Positions 9,128 through 17,997 of a stretch of 55,823 nt of DNA are shown here, piece by piece (positions within the stretch are counted from its first letter, which is position 1; each line of letters begins with the position of its first letter). The position numbers and the translations under genes are program-made. The notes under the pieces were generated by a model. That model was given only the letters and a program-made list of their open reading frames with translations, made no database searches and was not told where the DNA came from. The stretch lies in the sequence record DRR723986_9123. One strand, 5' to 3'.

Positions 9128-10699
9128 ATGCGTATCATTTTGATTTTGGCCGCCGTCGCTAATCTATGCCTGCCGAAACTTGCCGTCGCGCAGCAGAATC
9201 AAGCCGACGTCATTGAACGGGCCGAACAGAGCGTGGTGCGAATTGAAGTTCGCGGCGTCGATGGCGATAGCCTGGGCAGTGGTTTTATTGTTGACGACCA
9301 AGGGACGATGATTACCAACTGCCATGTCTTGGCAGGTGCACGGTCCGCTACGGCATACTTCAATGATGGGCGTAGCTATCCCGTGACTGGGACGATGATC
9401 ATCGACGCAACGCGTGATATTATCGTTGCTAGAATCGGATCACGCGACGCCCCAGCTATTCCATTGTTGCCTGGGCTGCCCCGAAAGGGAGAGACCGTCA
9501 TGGCGCTTGGGGCGCCCCACGGATTGGCATTCACGGCGACGCGCGGCATTGTCAGTGCGATTCGACCACAACGAGAGATGCAGGCTGATCTCGGGCGGAG
9601 CGAAGTTCAGGGAACCTGGATTCAGGTGGACACTGCTATATCACCAGGTAACAGCGGAGGTCCCTTAATCAACATGCAAGGTGAAGTCGTGGGGATGAGT
9701 ACGCTCGCGTCCCAGGGAACGGCTCAGAACTTGAATTTCGGCATCTCGGCTCAAGACATCGCCAATGCAATTAAATACGCCGAAGGTGTGCGACCGGTTC
9801 CGCTGAGTCAGGCCGCGATGAAGGTCCGCATGGAAGGCCGCGATGGTGGCAGTCCCAGTTCTCCTGGGGAGCCCGGTGGAATTCTCGACAAGCGGACGAT
9901 ACCGAATGAAATTCTCGTGGATTACGTAAAACGCGGCGTTGATCAGTTTTCACGACGCAAGCGGGATATCTCAAAGGAGACGAAACGTCTGCGCAGCGAG
10001 CTGACTGAAATGCGTAGAGGTGCATCGTACATTCCTCCAGGGTTGGGGGCGCAAGACGCCGCCATTGTTCGCGCCAGGGTGCCGGGCTCACGAGGACCGC
10101 GATGGTATTTTGCTTCGGAGCGAATCAAGGAATCAGCCCTTGACCAACAGTTGGAGCGGATTCGTGATTTTTCAACACTTAGCAAGGACCTGAAATCAGA
10201 AACGGATGCTGATTCGTTGTTCAAGCTGCTTTGGAATTTCGGGCCCGAGCTGGATACGCGTGAGATTAAAACCGTTGGCTGGGCAAACGACATTATCGTG
10301 GGCCATGCGTTTAATGATCATGACATACTGGTTGTTAAGGACGAAGTTCCTTTTCTGTTGTGGGCACCATCAACGGCGGGTTTGGGACTTGGGCAATTGA
10401 TGTCGGGGCCAGTGTTTGTCGTTGGCACCGAAACGGCTCGTTCTCGCGATGGCATGACGGCTTCGCTGACGGTACTGCAGCTTCTTGAGAAGGACGAGCT
10501 GCGAGCGGTTGTCGATGCACACTTGGCGACTGGTGACGGATTCCGAGTGTGGACAAGTGCTTCGGGGGCGACCGTTGAAGCGAAGGTGATTGACCAGGAC
10601 GATTCGCACGTTGTGTTGAAGAAGCGTGACGGCGGCATTTCTCGCGTCCCGATCAGCAAGCTCAGCGATGAAGATCAACGCCACCTAACCGGACGGTAG
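9128..10699 (+). CDS. Secreted trypsin-like (S1C/HtrA-type) serine protease with a C-terminal SHD1 domain
   Basis: Signal peptide; GSGFIV, TNCHV, DI and GNSGGPL triad motifs; C-terminal FRVWTSASG..VEAK..V.LKKRDG..VPISKLSDEDQ. Confidence 0.9.
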   Translation: MRIILILAAVANLCLPKLAVAQQNQADVIERAEQSVVRIEVRGVDGDSLGSGFIVDDQGTMITNCHVLAGARSATAYFNDGRSYPVTGTMIIDATRDIIVARIGSRDAPAIPLLPGLPRKGETVMALGAPHGLAFTATRGIVSAIRPQREMQADLGRSEVQGTWIQVDTAISPGNSGGPLINMQGEVVGMSTLASQGTAQNLNFGISAQDIANAIKYAEGVRPVPLSQAAMKVRMEGRDGGSPSSPGEPGGILDKRTIPNEILVDYVKRGVDQFSRRKRDISKETKRLRSELTEMRRGASYIPPGLGAQDAAIVRARVPGSRGPRWYFASERIKESALDQQLERIRDFSTLSKDLKSETDADSLFKLLWNFGPELDTREIKTVGWANDIIVGHAFNDHDILVVKDEVPFLLWAPSTAGLGLGQLMSGPVFVVGTETARSRDGMTASLTVLQLLEKDELRAVVDAHLATGDGFRVWTSASGATVEAKVIDQDDSHVVLKKRDGGISRVPISKLSDEDQRHLTGR

Positions 10700-10970
10700 G
10701 ATACTCGCGGCAAGATTTCGCGTGCGCTCGGGCTCTTGAGCAGTGTGCGTCTAGGCTCTTTAGAATTCGATGTCGCCCTCAAAACAGACGCGGTGCTGTG
10801 GGCTTGGGCTTCTTTTAGTCATCGGATCTTTGTGGACGATTCCTCGCCACGCTGACTTGCAGTTGGAACTTTGCAAGCATTTCTACGTATAATTAGTAGA
10901 CGGCATCGGCATTGAAGGGGAGGATGACGATTTCGGCCTATCGAAAACGCACATTCGTTTCACTAAAAAA

Positions 10971-12812
10971 GTGGAGTTGGCTTTGATTCCCAAGTCTTTG
11001 CAGTCGGTCCTCAGCAACGTTGGCTCCATTACTCAAGCGAAGTTGGCCGCTTTCGTCGGCTGTATCATTGGCCTCAGTGTTCCAGTCATTGCGCTCATGC
11101 TTGCCGCTCTGCTGCGCAACTTGATTGCAGCCCAGATGAAAATCGATGCCCATGAAATTCCTGGGCCTTCGCGGTACTTGCCCGACGTTCAAGCTTGGTT
11201 GTCGAGTGAGAGTTCAGCTCTAACGCAGCTCTGCTGGCTTCTCGGGGCGACTCTTTGCTTGCTGGCTCTTACAGCGGGTTTGCTCTACGTCTTATACCGA
11301 CTTGTGCAGTCTGCGGCAGTCGATTTTGAAATCGCGGTCATCGAGCGGCTGCGGGACCAGTCACGGCTACTGGCGACGGCGCGAACTCTTTCGGCACAGA
11401 GTGCTGCACTAACAGATTGTCATGACTATCATTTGCCTCGCGTGCGATCGACGTTGGCACGCTGGTGGCAGGCGTTTCCGCGACATGCTGTGCAGCTTGG
11501 TATGTGCGCCATATTCATGATGTTGGTTCAGCCAATGCTGTCGGTTCTGACCATCGTGGCAACGGCTTTGGTGTATTTGATTTTCCGATTTTTTGATCGG
11601 CGTCGCAGGATGGCTCTTCCGGTTGTTCGGGAGCGCGCTGGCCAACTAAGGACTGATCTGTCCAATCTCTGTCTTCAGGGGCCGTTGCTCGAGTCGGTGC
11701 ATGATGCACCGGAAGTTGAGGCGAGATTCGCGGAGCAGCTTGATCACTATCGTCGCGACGCATTCCGCAGTTTGAGCAGTTCGGCGTGGAAGACTCCTGT
11801 CGTCATTGCCTGCACAAGCTTGATAGCCGGTGTTTTCCTGTTCCTAATCGCAGTACAGATTCTGCGCAGCGATGCAAATTTTACCGTTCCAGGTGCTTTC
11901 GCTTTTACGCTTTGTTTCATTGGGGCGGTGGTTAGTTGTGTGCGTTTGCAGCAAAGCTACCGAGGGCTTCAGTCGGTCAGCAATGCTGCCGAAGCACTGG
12001 ATGAATTCCTGTCGATTAAGACCGAGAGCTTCGATCCCGCTCAGCTTGGTTCCATTGAACGCGTCGTAGAGAGAATTGAACTAGACCATGTGACGCTGCA
12101 GGACAGTAGTAGTCGGAAACTCCTGGAAGATGTTTCGTTGACGCTTCAGCCTGGGACGTTGATTGGTATCGTGGCCAGCCATCCGCTACAAGCTCGGGCG
12201 CTGTCGGAGCTGTTGATGGGGTTTGGGCGTCCGGTCAGCGGGCGGTTGCTCTTCGATGGCAAACCGGTCACCGATCTTGATCCACAGTCGATCAACGCAA
12301 CCGCGCAGTGGGTTGCTAGCAGCGGCGGCATCGCGACCGGAACCGTTCAAGACAACATCTTGCGTGGAGATTCTTCACAAGCGGGTGTGTTGAATGAAGT
12401 CATTGAGTCGGCCAAGTTGGTTGAAGTCATGCAGGCACTGCCCGATGCACTTCATACTCTGATCACTCCTGACGACGATCGACTGAGAGGAGACACGCCG
12501 TTTCGTATCGGTATCGCACGGGCTGCCGCGTCAAAGGCATCGATCGTCGTGGTTGAAGAACCCGCCAAGCAGTTTGATGCTGATGCGGAGAAGCATACAC
12601 TGGCTGCGATCCAGAGTCTGGTAAGCCACGACCGTATAGTCGTTTGCTTGCCGCAGCGTTTGCTAACGCTTAGAAGTTGCAGTCAGGTTGTCATGGTCGA
12701 GAACCATACGGTTACCGACACTGGAACGCATAATGAGCTGCTTCAGCGAAACGAATACTATCGCCACCTGAACTATTTGCGATTCAACCCATTTCAAAGT
12801 GTTGAAAATTGA
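10971..12812 (+). CDS. ABC exporter-like protein (TMD plus NBD) with degenerate ATPase motifs
   Basis: TM helices followed by an NBD fold (LLEDVSLTLQPG, GRPVSGRLLFDG, GTVQDNI, RIGIARA, GTHNELL). Walker A, signature and H-loop are substituted. Confidence 0.8.
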   Translation: MELALIPKSLQSVLSNVGSITQAKLAAFVGCIIGLSVPVIALMLAALLRNLIAAQMKIDAHEIPGPSRYLPDVQAWLSSESSALTQLCWLLGATLCLLALTAGLLYVLYRLVQSAAVDFEIAVIERLRDQSRLLATARTLSAQSAALTDCHDYHLPRVRSTLARWWQAFPRHAVQLGMCAIFMMLVQPMLSVLTIVATALVYLIFRFFDRRRRMALPVVRERAGQLRTDLSNLCLQGPLLESVHDAPEVEARFAEQLDHYRRDAFRSLSSSAWKTPVVIACTSLIAGVFLFLIAVQILRSDANFTVPGAFAFTLCFIGAVVSCVRLQQSYRGLQSVSNAAEALDEFLSIKTESFDPAQLGSIERVVERIELDHVTLQDSSSRKLLEDVSLTLQPGTLIGIVASHPLQARALSELLMGFGRPVSGRLLFDGKPVTDLDPQSINATAQWVASSGGIATGTVQDNILRGDSSQAGVLNEVIESAKLVEVMQALPDALHTLITPDDDRLRGDTPFRIGIARAAASKASIVVVEEPAKQFDADAEKHTLAAIQSLVSHDRIVVCLPQRLLTLRSCSQVVMVENHTVTDTGTHNELLQRNEYYRHLNYLRFNPFQSVEN

Positions 12813-12893
12813 TCAATCGGAACGATTGACGTGCGCTAGTTTTGCGATGACGGCTCGTGCGACTCATTCCGAGGCTGTGTCTGTGCGTTTCTT

Positions 12894-14444
12894 CTAAGCC
12901 GCTTGAGTGCGGAGGTTCATTAGCACGTTGCGATAACGGCCAAGTAGTTTCCGGATCAATAGGCCTAGATAGATGTTGAAGACCAGCGACAGCAGGAAGA
13001 GTACTGTAACGATACCTTGAGTCTGTGCGGTCTTACTGGAGCTCGAGGTTGAAGCTGCTCCGGCTGTTTTCGTTTCCGTGTCTTTGTCGGAATCACGCTG
13101 CATATCACTTGCCGAACTGGTAGATGGCTTCGGCGTTTGCGCGGCTAGGTTTGTCGCTGGTGGTTGGAATGATTGCTGGGCTGGTGACGTATTGGTCGCT
13201 ATCCGAGGATAGGGAGCATTGTTCTGTTGTTGCTGCCCACGAGTATCGTTCTGCCGAGAGTAGTCGTAGCCACCCGGTGCGGACGTGTAATTGTTCATAC
13301 CAGTTTGTGGGTTGGTTGGCTGATTGGCATACGCTGGTGCTTGTTGTTGGTTGTTGTAGAGATTCCCTTGCCCCGTAGGTTGCCCTGTACCGTTGCCCTG
13401 GCCAGCCAGATTGCTTTGGCCCTGGCGATACTGGTTGCCGGAGTAGGAATCACGACTGGTCTGACCATACTGCGGGGGTTGCGCTGAGGCGTAAGGATCG
13501 CTCGCCTGTGCCGAATTCGGATTCCGCTGACCATTGTTGGCAGTCCATTGAGAGCTTGCTGATCCAGGTTGTTGGCCGTTTCGGAGTGAGTTATTGGCGG
13601 TGTCGCCGAAGCGTTGGTTCGCACCAAACGTATTCAGTGGCGGCATCGAAGGAGGGTCTACGGGCGCAGTCGCTCGGCTGTTTGGGCGAGTTGAAAACGG
13701 CTGGTTACGACCTGGGACCGTCGACGCATCCGCTAGCCGCGTTACCTCTGCCCCGCCAGCTCCGTTTTGTGATGGCGGAAGTACAGGGTTTCCTGTTCGC
13801 GATCGTGTCTCGTTGAGGAAGCCTGTCGAGCCGGTCGTGGAACTTCCGCTGACTCCGCCCGGTGACGCTGGCGTGTTTCCTGCACCAGCGACGTTGGATG
13901 AGCCGCTTCCGAAGGCATCAATGTTCAGTGGTGGCGCAACTTCGCCACTTGTTCCGGGCCGATTGGGGTTGGCAGGTAGAGGTCTTTGCCCAGCGGGAAG
14001 AATTGCGCTGCTTTCTACTTCGGCCATGCGCCCAGCACCCAGACCATCCAGGGATGCTTGCAGATTGCGTCGTTGCATTCGCGCAACTTCTGCCAACGGA
14101 GGATTGCGAGGCAAAATATCGTCACCGATTCGGACAACAACGCGTTGCACCACGCCCACCAGTTCGGGAGGCATGTTGGTTTCTTTCTCGCGAGGCTTCT
14201 CACCGGGGCGATAGATGCGCTCATGCATCAGCACTTCCGCCTCGGCGGAAGAGATCTGAATGATGTAGTAGAGCTCGTTATCGCGCGTTACATCCAAATC
14301 CCAACCGTATGACTTGCGATCTTCCAGGGTGGCTGTGGGCGCTGGGGCGCCGACACCTGGAGTTCCAAGTGGTAATTGTGGAGGTGTGTTGGCGGTAATT
14401 TGGCCAGCCAGCAATAAGATTGCAAGTGATCCGAATCCATTCAT
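12894..14444 (-). CDS. Exported low-complexity (Q/N/S/G/P-rich) protein with a C-terminal membrane anchor
   Basis: Signal-peptide-like N-terminus, a small domain (YGWD..LYYIIQIS..RVVVRIG), a long disordered region, then TM GIVTVLFLLSLVFNIYLGLLI and a basic tail. Confidence 0.75.
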   Translation of the reverse strand: MNGFGSLAILLLAGQITANTPPQLPLGTPGVGAPAPTATLEDRKSYGWDLDVTRDNELYYIIQISSAEAEVLMHERIYRPGEKPREKETNMPPELVGVVQRVVVRIGDDILPRNPPLAEVARMQRRNLQASLDGLGAGRMAEVESSAILPAGQRPLPANPNRPGTSGEVAPPLNIDAFGSGSSNVAGAGNTPASPGGVSGSSTTGSTGFLNETRSRTGNPVLPPSQNGAGGAEVTRLADASTVPGRNQPFSTRPNSRATAPVDPPSMPPLNTFGANQRFGDTANNSLRNGQQPGSASSQWTANNGQRNPNSAQASDPYASAQPPQYGQTSRDSYSGNQYRQGQSNLAGQGNGTGQPTGQGNLYNNQQQAPAYANQPTNPQTGMNNYTSAPGGYDYSRQNDTRGQQQQNNAPYPRIATNTSPAQQSFQPPATNLAAQTPKPSTSSASDMQRDSDKDTETKTAGAASTSSSSKTAQTQGIVTVLFLLSLVFNIYLGLLIRKLLGRYRNVLMNLRTQAA

Positions 14445-15444
14445 TATCACTATCCCAGTATGAAACAGCGGCACTGGAGGCCGCGTCGCGAGGCTATTGG
14501 CCCGCTCCATGTAAGCCTGGCAAGTCTGTACGGGCAGAAAGCGCAGGTGGACACCGCCGTGAATCGTAACGTATCTGTGGTGTGGGAGTAAAGAGAGTTT
14601 AGGGGATATGCATGACTTTGCGGCCTGCCGACGAGGGGCGCCCGCTGGCTCAACGTACCGAATCTGAATTGCCGACTACCTCCGAGGAGCTGCTTGATGA
14701 TTGGTCTGTGGGGCATTTGCGGAATTCTGAATGTCGCTTTGCCTTCGGAATTCGAAATCCGCGAAATTTTTTTCTGCCACGCTAGCAACTGGGGGATCCG
14801 ATCACCGTGCGGTTGACCGGCACTCTTGGCTGTAAGACTAGGCAAGATGATTCAACTGGGCGGGCAATTCTGCGTGCTTGAGGCTATGCATGCATAAAAT
14901 TTTGTTATGAAAATTCTGACAAAATTTCAGGTCTGAGCGGGAGCTTGGCGGTCGTAGGGCGCGGCGGGGAGATTGTGTCGATTGCAGGTATGTAAACGAG
15001 CAATCTCGCTAAAGTAATTACCCCGTTCGAATCGAAAACTAACAGCGGACAGTTTGTTCTGCAAAGTCCCAAAGGATCAAATGATCCGGTGTTTTGCGGA
15101 CGCTGATTCAGTTAGGGGGGAATCTAACTGAACGGCAGACTGCTGTGATTTTCATTTCACGTGAATGTCACCGCTGTACAGTCGTCGGGCGCGACCACGA
15201 CAAGGCTCTGCACCATGATAGGTGTGGCGCCGGTGGGCACGCTCTTCTCCTCGTTGAATGCACTCCAGTGCATCCTTATAGCTGATTGGCGTTCTACGCT
15301 GGATTGAGATTTGCAATTCCACTCGGGGGTGTGGTGCAAGTCGATATTGAGAAGACGCGGGACGGCGTTGCAATCTGACCAAACATGGATGAAGTCCGCA
15401 ACTTGGATTGCTGAACCAAGTTGCAATTAACTTCTTCCTACACA

Positions 15445-15600
15445 TAGCCCTGACCCAAGTGTTTGTTAGGCGGCTAGGCCGAAGGATTGGCCAGTCACGT
15501 GATGCAGACGACTCAGGTTACACCGTTGGTGTGCCGGAACGTTTGCGTGCAGCCTGATGAGCAGGGGCGCAACGGCCTTGCAAGTTCTCCCACTGAGGGC
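15445..15600 (+). promoter_or_regulatory. Candidate structured 5' leader RNA of the HTH-receiver gene
   Basis: About six back-to-back helices, several with G-U pairs valid only on the plus strand. Confidence 0.35.
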
Positions 15601-15642
15601 TCGCTGGCTCTAAAACACGTAAGGAAAACGGAGATCCTGCAT

Positions 15643-16215
15643 ATGAAGGTGTTCACCACAGGACAGGTCGCAAAGATCTGTAAGGTGGCCCCTCGAACCG
15701 TGAGCAAATGGTTCGACTCCGGCCGACTCAAAGGATATCGAATTCCTGGTTCCCAGGACCGTCGAATCCCGCGTGAGTACCTCATCAAGTTTCTCAAAGA
15801 GCATGGTATGCCTTTGGGAGATTTGGAAGATGAGGCAATGGCTAAGGTGTTGATCGTTGCTCAGGACCAAGTCTTGATCGAGAACCTCAAGCGGGAACTT
15901 CCGCCTGAGAAAGCGTTCAAAGTTGGAACTGCGGCAAGCGGTTTTGAGGCGGGCATCCAAGCCGAGAGCTTCCACCCAGATTGTATGATCGTCGACTTCT
16001 CCATCGGGAAGGTCGAAGCTCTGCAAATCTGCCAGAATCTACGCAAGAACAATGATTTCACTGAAATCGTTCTGATCGCGTTGCTTCCGGATGATGGTCA
16101 AACATTTAGTTTCGACCGATCGGCTATCAACGAAACGTTCAAGAAGCCATTTGACGCACGTCTGTTGGCTGAGCGACTTCGAACACTTGTTGGCGGACGG
16201 AAAGAGTTGGTCTAG
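15643..16215 (+). CDS. Excisionase-like HTH (HTH_17) plus atypical receiver-domain regulator
   Basis: MKVFTTGQVAKICKVAPRTVSKWFDSGRLKGYRIPGSQDRRIP, then a receiver fold (KVLIV, PDCMIVD, KKPF). Purine-rich AAGGAAAACGGAG upstream of the ATG. Confidence 0.9.
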   Translation: MKVFTTGQVAKICKVAPRTVSKWFDSGRLKGYRIPGSQDRRIPREYLIKFLKEHGMPLGDLEDEAMAKVLIVAQDQVLIENLKRELPPEKAFKVGTAASGFEAGIQAESFHPDCMIVDFSIGKVEALQICQNLRKNNDFTEIVLIALLPDDGQTFSFDRSAINETFKKPFDARLLAERLRTLVGGRKELV

Positions 16216-16286
16216 AGCCTAAACGGTTCAGCTTGCACGCATCAACGCGTCCCGCGATCAACTTTATCCCCTGAATTGCGAACAAA

Positions 16287-16314
16287 GCCCGCTTGCTGGT
16301 ACAGCAAGGCGGGC
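16287..16314. terminator. GC-rich hairpin, probable intrinsic terminator
   Basis: GCCCGCTTGCTG-GTA-CAGCAAGGCGGGC about 70 nt after the regulator stop; the U-tract is weak on the plus strand. Confidence 0.55.
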
Positions 16315-16554
16315 ATTGTCGCGTTTAGTAGGCCAACCTAAACTCGAAATGCCAATCGCCACTGACAACCCACTGCGCGATCGCCATTACGCTGGCCTAT
16401 TTGCCGAGCCGCCGGTTTCAACCACGCGGCCATCTTGTGCTTTTCTAAGCTCCGACTGGTGCGGCAAACCAGCTCTTGCCCGTTTACGAGTGGGTTGGGA
16501 ACCAGTTAGAATCGAGCGTTCTGAGAAGTGTTCCCGCGAATTGGCAATTGAGAT

Positions 16555-17901
16555 ATGAATGCACCTGTTACGATCGAGCGGCTGGTCAACCTGATATCTG
16601 AAGAGGATAACATTCTGCTGAACATGTCAGCCGATGAGGCTGTCCAGCGAGTGCGAAGTGGCGATCCGCAGCAGGTGGGCGAAATCGACGGGCAGTTCGC
16701 GATCGTGGCCAAGCAGGGTAAGAGTGTCTTCCTGGCGCGGTCAATCGGTCGGCCAATGCGTTACTTCCTCGCGAAGAAGGCCGCTGGGCCGTGCCTCATC
16801 GTTGCGGAACGTATTGATCAACTACGCGATGCACTTGAAGCAGAAGGGCTAGGCGACCAGTTTCATCCATCGTACACAAGAATGGTACCCGCCCACCATG
16901 TGATGCGATTGGAATTGGTGGGCTGTCCAGATCCGAACCCTCAGCTTGATCGCTTCTTCGATCCACAACCTAAGCAGTTACCGCCGGATATCGATGCTAT
17001 TGGAAAAGCTTACATCGGTGCGTTGGCTGGCGAGGTCGATTTATGGCTAGATGCCATTGATGACAAGGAGCCACTGGGCGTCTTGTTTTCTGGTGGAATT
17101 GACAGCGGTAGCGTCCTCCTAACGCTTTACCATCGGTTGCTGGCCCGCGGTCACAGTCCGGCCAGGCTGAAGGCATTCACGCTGACCGTAGACGGAGCAC
17201 AGGAAGATGCTGCTCAAGCAGAACAGTTCTTGAAAGCTTTGAACTTAGAGATGCTTCTGGAGGTCATCGACGTACCCGCACATGCTATTGATTGGAAACG
17301 TGCTGTCGGAGTAGTTGAAGACTACAAGCCACTGGACATACAAGCTGCCGCTGTTGGGCTGGCGCTCTGTGAAGCGATTCGCGAGCGATATGCGGAATGG
17401 ACGTGGTTGGTCGATGGTGATGGCGGCGACGAGAATTTGAAGGATTACCCAATCGAGGACAATCCCGAACTCACCATTCGCAGCGTTCTGAACAATCAGA
17501 TGCTCTACCAAGAAGGATGGGGCGTTTCAGCCATTAAGCATTCTCTGGTTTACAGCGGCGGCCAGAGTCGAGGGCATGTTCGGACTTTTGCGCCCGCAAG
17601 CACCCTGGGTTTTCGCGGGTTTAGTCCATTCGCTCTACCGAATGTGATCGGCGTTGCGGAAGGAATCCCCTTTATTGAGTTGACCGATTGGTCGCATGAA
17701 AAGCTCTATGATTTGAAGGGGCAGGTTGTCCGCGCTGGCGTGAAGCAATTGACCGGTATGGAAATGCCCGTATATGAAAAGCGCCGATTCCAAATCGGTG
17801 CAACCGGTAGCAAAAACTTCGAACGACTTTTTCCGACTGACGAGCAGAGTTATCGCGCGGAGTTTCTCCGGCGGTATGTTGACCAGCGCACAAGCGCTTA
17901 G
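16555..17901 (+). CDS. Asparagine synthase-related ATP-dependent amide ligase lacking the glutaminase Cys1
   Basis: PP-loop LFSGGIDSG, DGDGGDE, and Ntn-fold remnants IDGQFAIV and LARSIGRPMRY; no N-terminal Cys. Confidence 0.8.
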   Translation: MNAPVTIERLVNLISEEDNILLNMSADEAVQRVRSGDPQQVGEIDGQFAIVAKQGKSVFLARSIGRPMRYFLAKKAAGPCLIVAERIDQLRDALEAEGLGDQFHPSYTRMVPAHHVMRLELVGCPDPNPQLDRFFDPQPKQLPPDIDAIGKAYIGALAGEVDLWLDAIDDKEPLGVLFSGGIDSGSVLLTLYHRLLARGHSPARLKAFTLTVDGAQEDAAQAEQFLKALNLEMLLEVIDVPAHAIDWKRAVGVVEDYKPLDIQAAAVGLALCEAIRERYAEWTWLVDGDGGDENLKDYPIEDNPELTIRSVLNNQMLYQEGWGVSAIKHSLVYSGGQSRGHVRTFAPASTLGFRGFSPFALPNVIGVAEGIPFIELTDWSHEKLYDLKGQVVRAGVKQLTGMEMPVYEKRRFQIGATGSKNFERLFPTDEQSYRAEFLRRYVDQRTSA

Positions 17902-17937
17902 TGCTCTTCGGTCACTGTCAGCAGAGTTGTCGCGCGG

Positions 17938-17997
17938 GATCGTAGTGCAGGCCGACTGGCCGCGATCCATGATCGTAGTGCAGGCAGCTTGCCTGCA
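17938..17997 (+). repeat. REP-like GTAG palindrome with a partial upstream duplicate
   Basis: GATCGTAGTGCAGGC occurs at 17938 and 17971. The full GTAGTGCAGGCAGCTTGCCTGCA is at 17975-17997, between convergent genes. Confidence 0.75.

Noticed and set aside
13594..14214. 206-aa antisense ORF
   Set aside because: Mirror of the low-complexity minus-strand gene; such stop-poor antisense frames are expected.
15554..15590. CTGATGA followed by a hairpin, resembling a hammerhead ribozyme core
   Set aside because: The stem is followed by AAGT rather than the required GAAA, and stems I and III cannot be built.
16555..17901. Lasso peptide cluster suggested by the AsnB-like gene
   Set aside because: No B1/B2 (RRE or peptidase) genes or plausible precursor nearby.
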